A DNA stretch of 64,000 nucleotides. It comes from Epiperipatus broadwayi (taxonomy: Eukaryota > Animalia > Onychophora). The notes below the pieces were generated by a model. It did not search any database. It was not told the origin of the DNA and was given only the letters and a program-made list of their open reading frames with translations. The stretch is taken from NCBI GenBank assembly GCA_028023455.1, contig JAQFVV010000008.1, forward strand, positions 12,276,001-12,340,000. Direction: 5' to 3'. The position numbers and the translations under genes are program-made. Of the stretch, positions 11,521 to 24,873 are shown piece by piece (positions within the stretch are counted from its first letter, which is position 1; each line of letters starts with the position of its first letter).

Positions 11521-13058
11521 TGAACTAGTTAATTGGTTTTGTTATTTCAATTTACATTACTTTACATCTGTATTGTGTACCAGATAAACATTTTGTTTCC
11601 CATTCCTACATGATACAATTTATGTTTATGAAGTTATTATAAAGTTATGAAAATAATAGGTATAAGAATAAATAGACTGTATGAAAACTGGGATTATTTT
11701 AAAGACTCATCCACCTAAATTTAGTGAGAATGTAAATTTGTTTATATTATGTCCGCACCTTACTAAATCTTACAATCTGGACACTTATCAAGGAGCTTTA
11801 CTGTTCCCTGACTGAATTCCAATAGTTTATCCAATAATGACTTGACATTATTTCGATTAAATCCAGTGCATTTAATAATTTAACTCACAATAATTTAATA
11901 CACATAATTATTAGAGTAACTTTACATTATATATATATACACACAAGCCTATAAGTACCAAATAATAAAGATCGTTCTGACCTGTTTAGTCTCTAGCTTA
12001 CTTTCTCACATCCGAAGGTAAGCTCTCTGCTTTAGAAGCTACTGGGAAAAGAATGACATCCAGCACCCAAATTTAAGTCCATTTCCCAGTTAAGCTCCTC
12101 ACTCCCTTTTTTTCCAACTTGCATGTCTTCTTTCATTTTTTTTTTCCTACAGCTGATTGGCTGGTATTCCCACTCATCCGATAAGGTAGTTATTTCTCTA
12201 AATGCACACATGTTGGATTCCAGAATTTTTTTTTTTGTTAATTTTAATTAACGAGTTATTATGAGACTTAAATTCTTGTTATCAATGACAGAAATCTGAC
12301 TTTCATTTCTTTAATAATTATAAATACATTTTTATCTCATTATCACTAATTTTACTTTTCGCTAAATTAGAATATAATCTTTTTTCTAATATTATTACTT
12401 CTAATTATTTTTTAGTTCAGTATTTAAAAGATAAATCTTTTAATTCTACTTTTATTTTTTATTCATTTACTATTACCTTTATCATGTATGTATGTGTACC
12501 CACACACATATATATCAGTTTATAAATATTTATGCTCTAAATAAGCATTTTAAGTAAGTTTATTTGTTTATTTTTATTGGATTGATAATGATCTATTAAT
12601 GATAAAATAGGATAAAGTAGTTCTCTAAAATTTACAGTTTTTAATAACTTAAAAACAAAAAATTATATAATCTACATTCAAGATTAACAATAACAAACAT
12701 CAATATGTAAAGTAGATATTAGTAAAATTTTAAACACTTTCTCATTGCAAATAGAAAATATCTAAATTTCGCCATCCTTGTGCCTTCTCTATATAGGTAT
12801 AATATCAATTTAGCATCCTCTAATTGTAATATAGAAATACTTTTTATATCAACTTCATATTATAGCAAAAATATTCACAATGTCTAATTTGCATAATGTG
12901 AATGAGTGTTTTCATGCAAAAGCACCATTTGCATTATTTTTTGATGTAACTACTAAACATTTTCAGAAAATCTGAATTCAATACAATGTTTTTTTTTTTG
13001 TTTTTTTTTTTAATTAAAGTTATGTATTGAAACAGATACATATATCAGCAATGTTGTC

Positions 13059-13187
13059 AAGCACAGACATTTTCCTTCAACAATTTATGAAAAAGTTGAA
13101 TTGTTGAAAAAATCAGGTCAAGGTATTTCCATTTTTAATCTGTACAAATTATATAATATTGGTTCATCAGCTACTTATGGCACATAA
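13059..13187 (+). mobile_element. Tigger/pogo (CENP-B-type HTH) transposase N-terminal relic
   Basis: KHRHFPSTIYEKVELLKKSGQGISIFNLYKLYNIGSSATYGT* resembles the Tigger/Jerky HTH_psq pattern KRKH..LSI..KVELL.KL..G.S...L...Y.VG..T.YD. Confidence 0.55.
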
Positions 13188-13414
13188 TTAAACTTATTTA
13201 AAATTACTACTGCCCCAAAGAAAAATTGAATACTTACAATAATTTGTTTTTATTGCCTTTCACAGTTATTGAAAATAGATATAATTTTCTTTATATTATT
13301 TACTTGTTTAATTTTTGGTATTATATTGTATGTATATATTTAATCAAAAGGTTAGAGGTATGTATTTTATATTATAAAGCAGGAATTAATTCAATTTTAC
13401 ATAATACAAGAATT

Positions 13415-13705
13415 GTATTAAGAGATAAAAAATATTTTATAGTAAATATTTTTATTTATGCACTAAAAGCCAAAAAAATAATTTTCATCAACCACAATTG
13501 GGATTTTTAAATTGAAGTTGAAATAAAAGGATGGGGGGGGGGAGGTCTACATAGAGATGGAGTTAATTAATTTCTGGACCCCCCACACATTTTTATTTTA
13601 AGTTCAATCTATATAATCCAATTGTTGAAGAAAGAATTATTTTTTTGGTTTTTAGTGCACAATAAAGGCATTTACCGTAAAATATTTTTTATCTTATTTT
13701 TTTAG
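13415..13705. mobile_element. ~290 bp MITE-like palindrome
   Basis: The left arm (agataaaaaatattttatagtaaat...gcactaaaagccaaaaaaataatt...caattgg...ttgaagttgaaataaaa...gggg) is mirrored by 13580-13705 at roughly 80% identity. Confidence 0.75.
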
Positions 13706-14409
13706 TAATCAGATAGTTTGCAGTTCTCTTTTTATTAAGCAGTCTATCTCTATATGAATTCAATTTTAAAATACATTTATTACTTACTGTATTATATAAC
13801 TCTAAGTATCAAATCTAAAGCTTTATTCATTCAGAAGATTCTAGAAAGTACTTTAAATCAATTTGACACTTCTAGTTTATATGTATAACACTTGATATTT
13901 CTGCAATAAGTTAATATGCACATATATATATATCAGATTTAGCATGTGTACATTATTATATATGTGTCTAAAAAATCATGAAATCAAGCTTTCAATTGAA
14001 ACCCTCCAAAATTGCCCATTATTTAAAACATTAAACTCAATTTTAAGTTATCAATTGAAACAAAAAATCTATATCACCCTCTTGCATATCTTACTTAAAT
14101 GATATCTATGAAATAAAAAAACAAACAGATTGTAAGTCAAATAAAGATTCTCAAAAGCAAAACTTAAAATAGTTTTGTCTTGAGAAAGTATTTATATAAA
14201 TAATCGAATAACATTTTTTATTGACAAATAAAAGTGATATATTTAATACTTTTTAATTAGAAACCCTTTAAAGCAATATTTATTAATGACTCACTGTTAT
14301 ATGGTAAGTGTAGGGAACTAAGAATTTTAAACAATTAAAAATTTACATGAATTAAATGAAATATGATAATGTAAATAATATATAAATAATGATTATAGTT
14401 AAAGTAAAT

Positions 14410-14820
14410 ATGCGTAGTGGAGTAATTCTCAATGTTTATTACATATTAAAAAGATAGCACTATATAAAATAAATAACTCATTATATATGTTTAATATTAC
14501 ATCTAATATTGATTTTTCATAAATTGTAAAAATTTTGCAAACATTAATCATTAAAACAGTAAATGGAATTAAAAGTGATTAATTAATATCTTCATGCTCT
14601 CATTTCCAAATGCTTAAGATTTGCCTATATATATATATGATTAGGTTAAAAAAGTAGAGTGGATTCATTCTATCTTTCAAAAGACTATCTTGTGTTTGGA
14701 TAGGGGAATATTTTTTAAGTCTTTAAATCTATACAGTGTATGTATAGTGGAGTTATTTCTAACGAATGATACAGATTTAAAACATAGCACTATATAAATA
14801 AGTAATTCATTATATATGTA
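14410..14820. repeat. ~80 bp diverged direct repeats spaced ~330 bp apart
   Basis: tagtggagtaatt...atagcactatataaaataaataactcattatatatgt at ~14415-14491 and tagtggagttatt...atagcactatataaataagtaattcattatatatgt at ~14745-14819. Confidence 0.6.
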
Positions 14821-16570
14821 AATATTTTTGTAAAAATCGAAGTATGATTGAATTTTTATTTTAAATCAAAAGAATGAATTAGAAACAATTGTCTTTGTCT
14901 ATAGTAGTGAAGCCTCAATAGTATTCCTTTGATTGCAAATAGCATTTTTTTTTAAAATTCTGTCATTTCAAAACACATTTATTTTGGGGGTTGTTATTGT
15001 TTTGTTTAGTTTTAACTATAGTTTAAATGCAAAAATTTGCCAAACCATAATTTTTTTCAGTTGTTTGCATACCCAATAGTAACTTTCAATGTTTTTTTTT
15101 TAATATTAAAAAGTATTTCCCTCTTTCATGCTGATTTCCTTATTCACAATATAAAATGGAGAATTTGAAATTGTAATAATAAATAAAAATTATATGCTCA
15201 GGAGATTATGTGAAGTTTAATCTCAAGTCTGCTATTATTGCGATATGCATTTATAAATAAAACTTTGTTGAGGTGATACCTGATTAGAAAATCAAAGTTA
15301 AAAGATAGAGAATTTTAACACAGGGAAATAACTATAGCAACTAAGTTAGCTGTATATAGAGCTGTTATTTTATCTAATTTATTGAAGCGAAACTATTTTT
15401 GATGAGAAAAATTATACTTCCTTTTTGTATTTCAATTGTATAGAAAAATAACTTTCCAGTTTGGAAAAAAAATAAAATGATTTATATTTCAATTAATTTA
15501 CTTAAATAATTTTAATTTCTTTAATTGCAATGATATAGATTTTTGTTTTCTTCAAGAAATTATCAATGGTGAAAACTGGAAAAATAGAAATTGAGAGGAC
15601 ATATTAGCAAATAAACAATAATCAAGTGATAACATGTTATATATTAATAATAATTTACATTGCTTACTATATTCTTAATAAAGTCTATTCTAGTACTTAA
15701 AGTTTAAACAATATCATAAAAGAATCACCTCTTTGTGTGTGGCAATACATATAGTGAGTTTTGCTGTTTTATTATTACGTTGTATAAATATAGTAATCTT
15801 AAAAATTAAGGATACATTACAAATACAAGGAATCGGCCTATTTGAAATGATAACAGCACAAATGCACCAGCAGTTATTCATTCAACATTATTGGACATAG
15901 GACAATAAATATTCTGTATAATCAGAATTGGCATCAAAATTTTGATCTGTAAACTTGTTATATATGATAGGACAATTTCCACCAGGCTATGGTTTAATTC
16001 CTGCATCAGTTACACATACAATTTAAAAAAAATTAGAAATCACATAATTAATGATTTGACAAATATACAAACATATATTTTTAATATAACCAATTATCAT
16101 TCCAACACCATATTAATAAGTATATATACGAGTTTACATACAAATATAATTATTTTATTAATAAATAATAACTTGTACACTTAAACAAACAAGATTAAAG
16201 ATCTATATGAAATGAATTGTTCATCACGCTTAATGATCTATAAAAATAGATACATTGGGACTGAATTTTGATCTTGATATATCCTATAGCTTCTTTTTAG
16301 AAATATGCTAACTCTATTTATATCTCTAAGATTACTGGAGTAATCAATGAAAGAAGTTTTATAAGAAGCAATTAATCAGAGTTAGTTTGTTTTTTGTAAA
16401 ACAACCATGAAGATCTATCAGTCCCATATAGCTATTTGAGTTGGATAGCTAAGTTTGAAGACATGTAGATGTCTGAAAATTTCAGATTTTTCACCCAATA
16501 GATAACTTTTAGATAAGTGCTTGGCTTTGGGTTGGTATTTTTAGATCTAGTGTCTGAACCTACCCTGACA

Positions 16571-16611
16571 CCTCTCTGAGGAGTGCCAAAGCACAAAACC
16601 ATGGTCAGGGG
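16571..16611 (+). ncRNA. Type I minimal hammerhead ribozyme (G12->A variant, probably inactive)
   Basis: CCTCT | CTGAGGA | GTGC-CAAA-GCAC | aAAA | CCATGG | TC | AGGGG: 5 bp stem I, perfect 4 bp stem II, palindromic stem III (ACCATGGT), GUC cleavage triplet. The only core deviation is GAAA->AAAA at a CpG. Confidence 0.88.
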
Positions 16612-17002
16612 TTTGGGGAGGGGTTTCTGACAGATATTTTAAGTGCTGGATCTGGCTAAGCATTTATCATAAAGCTTGTAGAGGAATTGGCAATCCTCAC
16701 TGTTTATAACTTAAAAGCTTAAGAGATAGGGTCATGTGATCTATGAATTGGATCTATGACTTATTTTGACTATTTATAGTCTCTGCCAAAAAGTCTTATG
16801 CAATTTTATATTGCTATGACTACTAATATATGGTATGGCTGAAGATCTATCAGCCCCATATAGCTATTTGAGTTGGATAGCTGGGTTTGAAGACATGTAG
16901 ATGTCTGAAAATTTCAGATTTTCCACTCAATAGATAACTTTTAGATAAGTGCTTGGCTTTGGGTTGATATTTTTAGATCTAGTGTCTGAACCTACCCTGA
17001 CA

Positions 17003-17043
17003 CCTCTCTGAGGAGTGCCAAAGCACAAAACCATGGTCAGGGG
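17003..17043 (+). ncRNA. Type I minimal hammerhead ribozyme, second tandem copy
   Basis: Identical to 16571-16611 and exactly 432 bp downstream. Confidence 0.88.
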
Positions 17044-17479
17044 TTTGGGGAGGGGTTCCTGACAGAGATATTTTAAGTGCTGGCTCTGGCTAAGCATTTA
17101 TCATAAAGCTTGTAGAGGAATTGGCAATCCTCACTGTTTATAACTTACAAGCTTAAGAGATAGGGTCATGTGATCTATGAATTGGATCTATGACTCTTAT
17201 TTTGACTGACCATTAGCTTATCTTTTAATTAATTTCATTTTCTTAAAAAGATTAAAACAATCTCTTGTTTTTTATTAACACTTTCTAATCTATATATATA
17301 TGGTTAGTACATTAAGATGTTATTTAATTTGTACATTACAAATCCTATTCTACATATATATATATATATATATTACTTAACATTAACATCATATCAATAG
17401 TATATATGACTATATGTATAATAATCTAATGCATACATTGCATTCGTTCCCCCTACTCTAAAAATTTAAGTGTTTATCT

Positions 17480-18140
17480 CTTATTCCATATGAACTCTTG
17501 GATATGCCTATTTGTTATTTTTTTTATCTGGCGATTTATCCCATTGAGGCTGTTATATCGCTCTAGATACAAATTTCTTTTCCTGGAATCTTTTTTTTTT
17601 GTCAGTGTTGCCATGGTTATTTGATGATCTACATATCCGTGGCAAATAAGTTAAAATGCAACTTGTAAAAGTCGATTAGATAATGCCAGAATGGTATCTT
17701 TTATCCATTTTCCTTTAAACTATTCTTAATTCAAACTTTACCATTGCATATTTTGATTGGGGGGGGGGGGCGTTAAATTTCTAAGTTATTATTTGATAGA
17801 TTTCTTATGAACTTCCTACCCATTAATAACTTGGCTAAAGATTGAGCTATTGGCTGTAAATCACATATCATATTAATAGTGTGGCTTGTGGCTATACTTA
17901 GAATGCATGAACTACTTTTTCAACAAATCTATTAAATTCACCTGATAGAAAAGTATTATATTTATCTCTAATATGTTTTTTTTCATGAATTCTTTAAACT
18001 TATTGTATATAAATCTAATTCCATTGTCACAAACATCTCTGCTAATCTTTGATAAAAAAGTTTCTTTCTTAGCCTTATGTTTTCTAAGGTTCATATATTC
18101 TTTACAGACTTATACTCCATCATCAGGAGGATAAATCAAT
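17480..18140 (-). mobile_element. Possible highly degenerate Penelope-like RT-thumb/GIY-YIG relic
   Basis: Minus-strand fragments in different frames: DNGIRFIYNKFKEF (thumb-like NGY..FI), KMDKRYHSGII*..C..TY (GIY-like) and RNLYLERYNSLNGIN (E..I..YNS..G.N-like). Stops and frameshifts occur throughout. Confidence 0.25.
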
Positions 18141-18862
18141 TAATAACAAAATAATATGTCCATTAAATGGTTTATTACAATTTTTGCCAAGATGTCACTT
18201 TAGGCCATGATTTTTTTCCATAGATTGACTGTACTTTGGAATAAATTATAATCCTTGATATTTTTCTCAACATCTTTTCATCACTCTCTTTAGTTCAAAG
18301 GATATTTATTTTCTTTTCCTATGATCACACTTTAACTTAGACTTCCATTAGAAATCACCTCTCAAAAGTGAGTGACTGTCATCTTTTATTTTAAAATGAA
18401 ATTGATAGAAATGTTTAAGCATTTTTCTGTCCACTCTTCACAAGTCAATACCATCTTTGTCCTTATATTTTACTTTGGCATAGTTTTGCTGTTGAACATT
18501 TGTGGTAACAACATATCTATGTAGTTGATTTTAGCTTAATCTGTAAGGATTTCTGCTTTGTCCAGCATTCTTAACAGAGTTTCCACATGTTGCATATAAC
18601 TTTTTTTTTGATGTGATAGTTCAAAATTGTACACTGATGAAATGTTATACTAACACAATATGCTTGAATTTAAGTCATCAAACAATAATTTTGGTTTTTG
18701 AAATAAGTAGTATATGATCACTGATGATTTTAAATGTATATATGTATAAATTATTAATGCTATCTTTTACTTCAAAGATAATTGCCAGTGCCTATTTGTC
18801 AAACTGGCTGTACTTTCTTTTGATCCACAACTTTGAGATTTAAAAATAATCTTTACTTTCAG

Positions 18863-18910
18863 ATGTTTGCAGATTGATCAGAGCACTTATGCTATATTCA
18901 GAAATATTAG
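18863..18910 (+). other. Candidate 48 nt internal exon of an unidentified transcript
   Basis: ttactttcag|ATG...ATTAG|gtaagt has strong splice sites and a length divisible by 3, with two frames open. No partner exons were identified. Confidence 0.2.
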
Positions 18911-19899
18911 GTAAGTGCTACTTTTAGGTAACTATTAAAGGGTATTAATTTATTTGAGGTTAATAGGGCTTAATTCAATTGAAAGCATCTTTTTGACTTT
19001 TCTATCTTAATCTCTATGAAGAAGGTGCAATGTTGTGCTAAATAAGAATTTTATATTAAATAATTATTATTTACAAGGTCCTAGACATGTTTGTAATTAC
19101 TTAACATTTGTAGAAATAGCCTTTTTCAAGTGTAGGATATTTCCTCCTTCCTGATATAATATGCTGTAATTAAATTTATTTTTTATGCCCTCCAGACATA
19201 TTTTTTAGGATTCAACTTTATTTCAAATTTATCTTATTAGTTTGGAGGCTCACTAATTTGTTTTTGAGAATTGCTTTAAAGTTCATAATGATGAGTATGT
19301 CATTATAATAGAGTATCATTCCCAAAATTTATTGAGTGTGCATGTTCTCTTTATCATGGAACAATTTCAAAGCCATTGTAATCTTAAATGGTAAAATGAT
19401 TATATTTAAAAAGATGTGTGTTATAAGCATTAATATTTTTACTGAATTCTTTATCTATAGGAATATGGCAGAATGCAGCCTTCATATTATGTTAGGAAAA
19501 GGGGAGCATTTTTGCATTTATGCTAACATTTCACTGAGATTTAAGGTGTGCTTTTTTACATATGATTTTCTTCCAATTATTCAGTAATCTTTGCAAATAG
19601 GTATTAGACCATCTAATTTCATTATAATAATAATAGGAGTAATTCATTTGAATTTTTTTAGTGGGGTTATTATTCTTTTCTTATTTGCTATTTGAGAAAT
19701 AAAAGAGACATTTTATGGTTTACACATAATATTAAACCCTTCCTCCTCAGATTTAAGAAAATTATTAAAACTATCATATATCTTTTTATATATTGTACCC
19801 TCACTTCCAGGAAATGTGCAATAACAACAAACTGATCTAGCTCAGATAAATAATTATGTTCATCTAAAATGTATCTAATCAAAAATAACTATATTCTTT

Positions 19900-22800
19900 A
19901 ATACTATCTGTTACTAATTAGTTAAAATTAACAAATAATAATATGGTTCTGTTTCTTAAATTAAATATATAAATATCTAATAAAAACCATGAGACTATGA
20001 AGTGAGTTTACAAGTGGCAAAACAAATACATTAAGCCAATATCCCACAGGATATCACCTCAATGGCATAAGAATACCATCTTCTCTCATTATTTTAAAAC
20101 AAATCTATAGTACTCCTACGTCTTTAATAAAAATTAATTAAGTAAATGACTCTTAATAAATTAATCTGAATATCTCTATTAAAATGATTTAGTTCAAATT
20201 ATCTCAGGTTCTTTAAAATAATTCTAAAATAATTATAACTTTTGTAATTAAGTATGATAAGGGATTTAATATCATTTCCAACTACATCTAACTAATACTA
20301 ATATTAATGAAATAATAATATTAATCTTCAATTTATAATTTAATCTCATATCTTTTCTACTTATAATATTAACCATGTATAACAAATAATAATAATATAA
20401 TGTAATCTTCTATTATCCATATGGCATCTTAAACAAACATATGGTATGATCTTATAATCTGAGAATATGTGGCTATCACTAAGAATATAATTCTGTGGAA
20501 ATCTTTTGTGGTTATTCTATGACCATGATAATGATATAAATAAATGAAATTCCTTACTTAAGAAATCATATCAATAAAACATTATAACTGCAAATACTAA
20601 ATCTTAATTCTAATTATCTGTGATTATGTAATTGTGATGTGAAGAAATTGAGTTGACACCAAGATTTATAAACAAAACTTAACAAATTTATTAATAAGCT
20701 TGAACAATAAATTATATACAGTATATACAACATGAATGAACTTTGTTTTACTCTCATTTATGTAATCTCACAAAAACTGATTGAATAAAATAAATATCGG
20801 ATACAAAAGCATTTGCTTTATAAAATACTCATCATTAAAACATTACCATAATATCTTTACGGCCTCCATTAAGTTTCTTTAATTCAATACATTGCAAAAA
20901 GTATCATTTAAATTATTAATTCAAAATACATTTATCACTTATTATTTAGTTTTTAAAATACTTTTATTATGTCATATAATTATTCCTAACCTATTCATAA
21001 TGTAAATAATCTTAATTAATAACATATCCATTAATCTAGACTGCTTACTACTCATCAATATAATGTTAAATAAAATGTAAGTATTGATGTGTTATTATTA
21101 TAGAATAATTTTTTTTTATAAAATTGTAATCACTTATATTCTTCAAATGTGATTTAGTTATATCTCTTTTATTTGTAAAAAATATGCATTAAAATTGAAT
21201 CTTTTAAAACTTAATGACCAAATAATATCTTTAGAAAACACACTTTATTCATCATTTATTTATTTGTAATAAACAATAATGAGTCCCAAATATAAAAAAG
21301 TTTATGATTCTTTATTAACATGTTATAATCTTGTCCTCTTTACACTTACTTATATCCTTACTTTTAAACAATATAACCCATCTTATCCTCTTCAATAATA
21401 ATTTTGCATTTTAAACTTATTCATCATTTCATATTTTGAAATACTATCCTTTACGATGCAATCCGAGCAATATCAATAGTAAATACACAAGTAGGTATAC
21501 GGAATAAATTAGATTTTAATTCAATAGCACTTCTATTAAATAACCATCGTGGTAACAATGTATCATAAATAAGATATTACTACTTTAGTTCATCACCTCT
21601 ACTAATAAACATAATGTCCGAGCTATTTATTCAGCTCTATAGAACATTAAAACTTTAACATACAGAAAATAATACTACCATGAACATATACAAACTATAG
21701 GGCTAAGTTATCTATACTTGCACAATAACCACTATTGTCTACACTTATTCCCATATAAACAAATCCTACCTCAAATATTATCTTGGTCCTATTTAACTTA
21801 ATACCAAGCTTACATCGCTAAATCTATTCCTACATTCTTATAACAATAAATAAATTCATGTCTAAAATAACCATCTAACCAATCGATAAGAAAAGATTAT
21901 TTTATCCCTTAGTAACTTTACACATAAACAAACAATCAGTATCAATATCCCAGTTTATTATTTTGATCATTTAAAATAAACATTAAATTCAGTTATAATA
22001 GAATCATATACTTATATTTCCCTTATATTAAAATGTACTTATAATATTATTAAAAGTATGCATATTTTTAACATGAATAAACAAATTATAAGCTATGTGT
22101 ATGCATTGCATTTTTCATACTCATTTCATTTATCCACACTAAAATATACCATAATAAAATGATCAATACTTTTATAATTGTTACCATCAATAATACGTCT
22201 TCATTGTCGATTGTTTCATTAATATTTTTGGATCACGAACTAAATAAAACATTATTTAAATATCATTTATCCTACATCATCATACTTTAAAAATATTAAG
22301 TTTTTTTTTTTTTAAATTATTAAAAAATTTTTTTAATAATTAATCACTAGGTTAGTAAATAATTTAATGTTCTATGTTCCTACACTATTTCTATTCTATA
22401 AGCATTATTATGAAAGTTAGTAAAATAAAATTTAAAATCATATTTACGAAAAGAAACTCCAACAAAGTTCATTATAGAAAATGTCCTTTTTCTCCTGTAC
22501 AGTATTTTGTTGACAAAAACATCTTTCTTTGACGCTAACAAAAAACCACACATGCTCCAATGGTTTCACTTTCATGACATGTCCAACAATTCTTTTTTAA
22601 AAATAAAAAAAATAAAACAAAAGTAAGCTGACTTGTAAAATATTCCACTTGCAAAACAAATACTTCAAGGTTCTTTGTTATCTCCAACAGTAATTGTTAA
22701 AATGCATTTTTAATATTCTATTATGACATATATCTTCTCAAATTTTCCTGCTTTCATTTAAATTTCCCACTGGTCAGTGTTCCTGGATACAACAATCAGC

Positions 22801-23320
22801 GTTCCATGGTATTTATCATATAGTTTTAAAATATTTTTATAAGTAATTTTCCGAAAATCTTTTATATGTCCAGCATACAACAACTAACTTATTTTAAAGA
22901 TTTTCCCAATATAATATAAATTATATTACCAATAATCTTCATTTTTAATTTTTTTTTAAAAAAAATTATATTTTTAAAAAATCAATTTTCAATATTCCTT
23001 CATAAAGAAATATTTCAGCATCTTGAAATAATCATTTTTTTTACGTTAAAAGTTTTTTTTTTTTTAAAAAAAAAAAACTATTCTATTTTAACATAGTTTT
23101 CCAGAGTAAGAGATTTCATATTTTTTTCTTTCCATCTTTGACAAGATTTTCTGCATCTTCTCCGTGAAGTTCTATTTATGAAATCTACTAGTAAGTTAAC
23201 ATGAACGCTTAACATAGGCAAAATTATGTGCCTAGTAAAAAAATAATAATTTAGCATTTCCATCCATAAATTTGAATTCAATGATGACTTCTCCATGTTT
23301 AGGTTGATGTTGAAATTAGA
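19900..23320 (-). pseudogene. Block of decayed protein-coding-like sequence of unknown origin
   Basis: Long minus-strand stretches that read as protein between scattered stops, e.g. HQPKHGEVIIEFKFMDGNAKLLF, KNEDYW*YNLYYIGKIFKIS*LLYAGHIKDFRKITYKNILKLYDKYHGTLIVVSRNTDQWEI, YDTLLPRWLFNRSAIELKSNLFRIPTC. No family recognised. Confidence 0.35.
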
Positions 23321-24732
23321 TGTAATAAATTAGCAGGCAAGGAATTACTTAATTTTTTTAGCCATACATTTCTATATCACACGATCTTATAATAATGAAT
23401 TGATATCCTTTTTTCGAATTTAAAATAATAAAATTGACTATTACTAGTATACGTAATTAACTAAAGTTGTAGTAACAATGACAACAATAATAAGAATTAT
23501 AATAATAGCAATCTGCAAAATTTGTGCAGCTCTTTTATACTCAAGCCTACTACACCTTTGATTGGTCAAATTAAACAATGCTTACTTCTTCCTACCCTGG
23601 GCAAACAATGCTGGGTTAAAGTTAAAACAAATAATAATTTACTAAATATTTATTTTTTATTATATTATTTAATTCTAAATTAATTTTCATATTTTATTTA
23701 CACTTAGTAAATACTCTAAAATAACTTTTAAAATCACATTATAACATTTATTACTATTTCTATCCTTTTTTTAAACAAAATGTATTTATTTTCAAAATAA
23801 AATACAAATCTGATTTTATTTATTATATTCACTTTAAAGACCCAATTTAATATTTATAACAGCTAATATTATTTTATTCTTGAATAAACAAATCTACTAT
23901 TTTTAAATCTTATATTCCACAAGCACATGTATGAATACCTACACATCACGTGATTTATAAAAGTACATGAGATGCTAATAATTTAAATGAAAATAAAATA
24001 AATAATTTAATTTATAAAATATTACATAAAAATAATATAGCAAAATTTTAAATAATTATTCCAATATTATAAAATCAAATATGCAATTTTCTCCCACATT
24101 ATTACTTTTAATTAAATGATGTTTAAATATAACTATTAAATACAATTATTATTATTAAATAGTCTATTCGTTTAACTTTAAATTACTACTTTTAAAATTT
24201 ACTTTAATCATTTATTTATGACTTATTAAATCAGTATTTACTATGGCCAGCTTTTCCAACCATACAATCTTATAATGATTTTTAGTTAACTGTTTTCTTT
24301 CAAATACTAACACAATATTATACAGCAATTATTTTTACTTGTCCTAACTAAATTATTAAAAGATCATCCACACATGACATTCATTATTCCCTTACTTAGT
24401 TTTGAAATTTAAAATTTTTCCAGTAAATTGATCTAAATAATCCATCCTTACCTAAACAAAAGGGTACAATATATAGAAATATATTTTATCATGTTGAGTT
24501 CAATTCACAAATTTAAATCTGACTCTGGAATATAATCCAACTAGTACTTTCATCACTACACACACTAGATATATATAATATTTAAATATAATATATTGTC
24601 TATACTGAACTACTGAACTTAATGTAATTTAAAAGGGATTTGAGATCAGACTTTCAAATCACTATAATTATCCACTCCATTTTATACAGCCAGTACACAT
24701 GGCCACATATGTGTGAAAAGGGTAAATGATGT

Positions 24733-24774
24733 CCAATATCCATATTTCATTCTGAACCAACACTCATCAGTTGG
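24733..24774 (-). ncRNA. Type I minimal hammerhead (family C); core intact, stems II/III weakened
   Basis: Minus strand: CCAA | CTGATGA | GTGT-TGGTTCA-GAAT | GAAA | TATGGA | TA | TTGG. Confidence 0.8.
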
Positions 24775-24792
24775 TTCAGATCATATTCTCCC

Positions 24793-24801
24793 ATATATAT
24801 A

Positions 24802-24871
<70 letters not shown>
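24793..24871. repeat. (TA)n microsatellite, ~79 bp
   Basis: Nearly pure TA run. It accounts for the spurious YIYIYI ORF 24713-24943. Confidence 0.97.

Positions 24872-24873
<2 letters not shown>

Larger units (their letters stand above)
16408..17207 (+). mobile_element. Tandem repeat of a 432 bp HHR-containing monomer (~1.85 units), retrozyme or Penelope pLTR-like (family B)
   Basis: tgaagatctatcag starts at 16408 and again at 16840. The units are nearly identical, non-coding, and each has one hammerhead motif. Confidence 0.92.

Noticed and set aside
16457-16480. TTGA AGACAT-GTAG-ATGTCT GAAA in family B as a second HHR
   Set aside because: It is a simple hairpin. The CUGANGA spacing is incompatible and there is no stem I or III.
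16408-17207. CRISPR-like or satellite interpretation of the repeats in this window
   Set aside because: Eukaryotic context, no short repeat-spacer arrays, and units are hundreds of bp and dispersed.
22448-22591. 144 nt minus-strand segment with AG/GT ends and one open frame (IVGHVMKVKPLEHVWFF...)
   Set aside because: An alternative frame continues the neighbouring decayed ORF block, the splice sites could be chance, and there are no partner exons.
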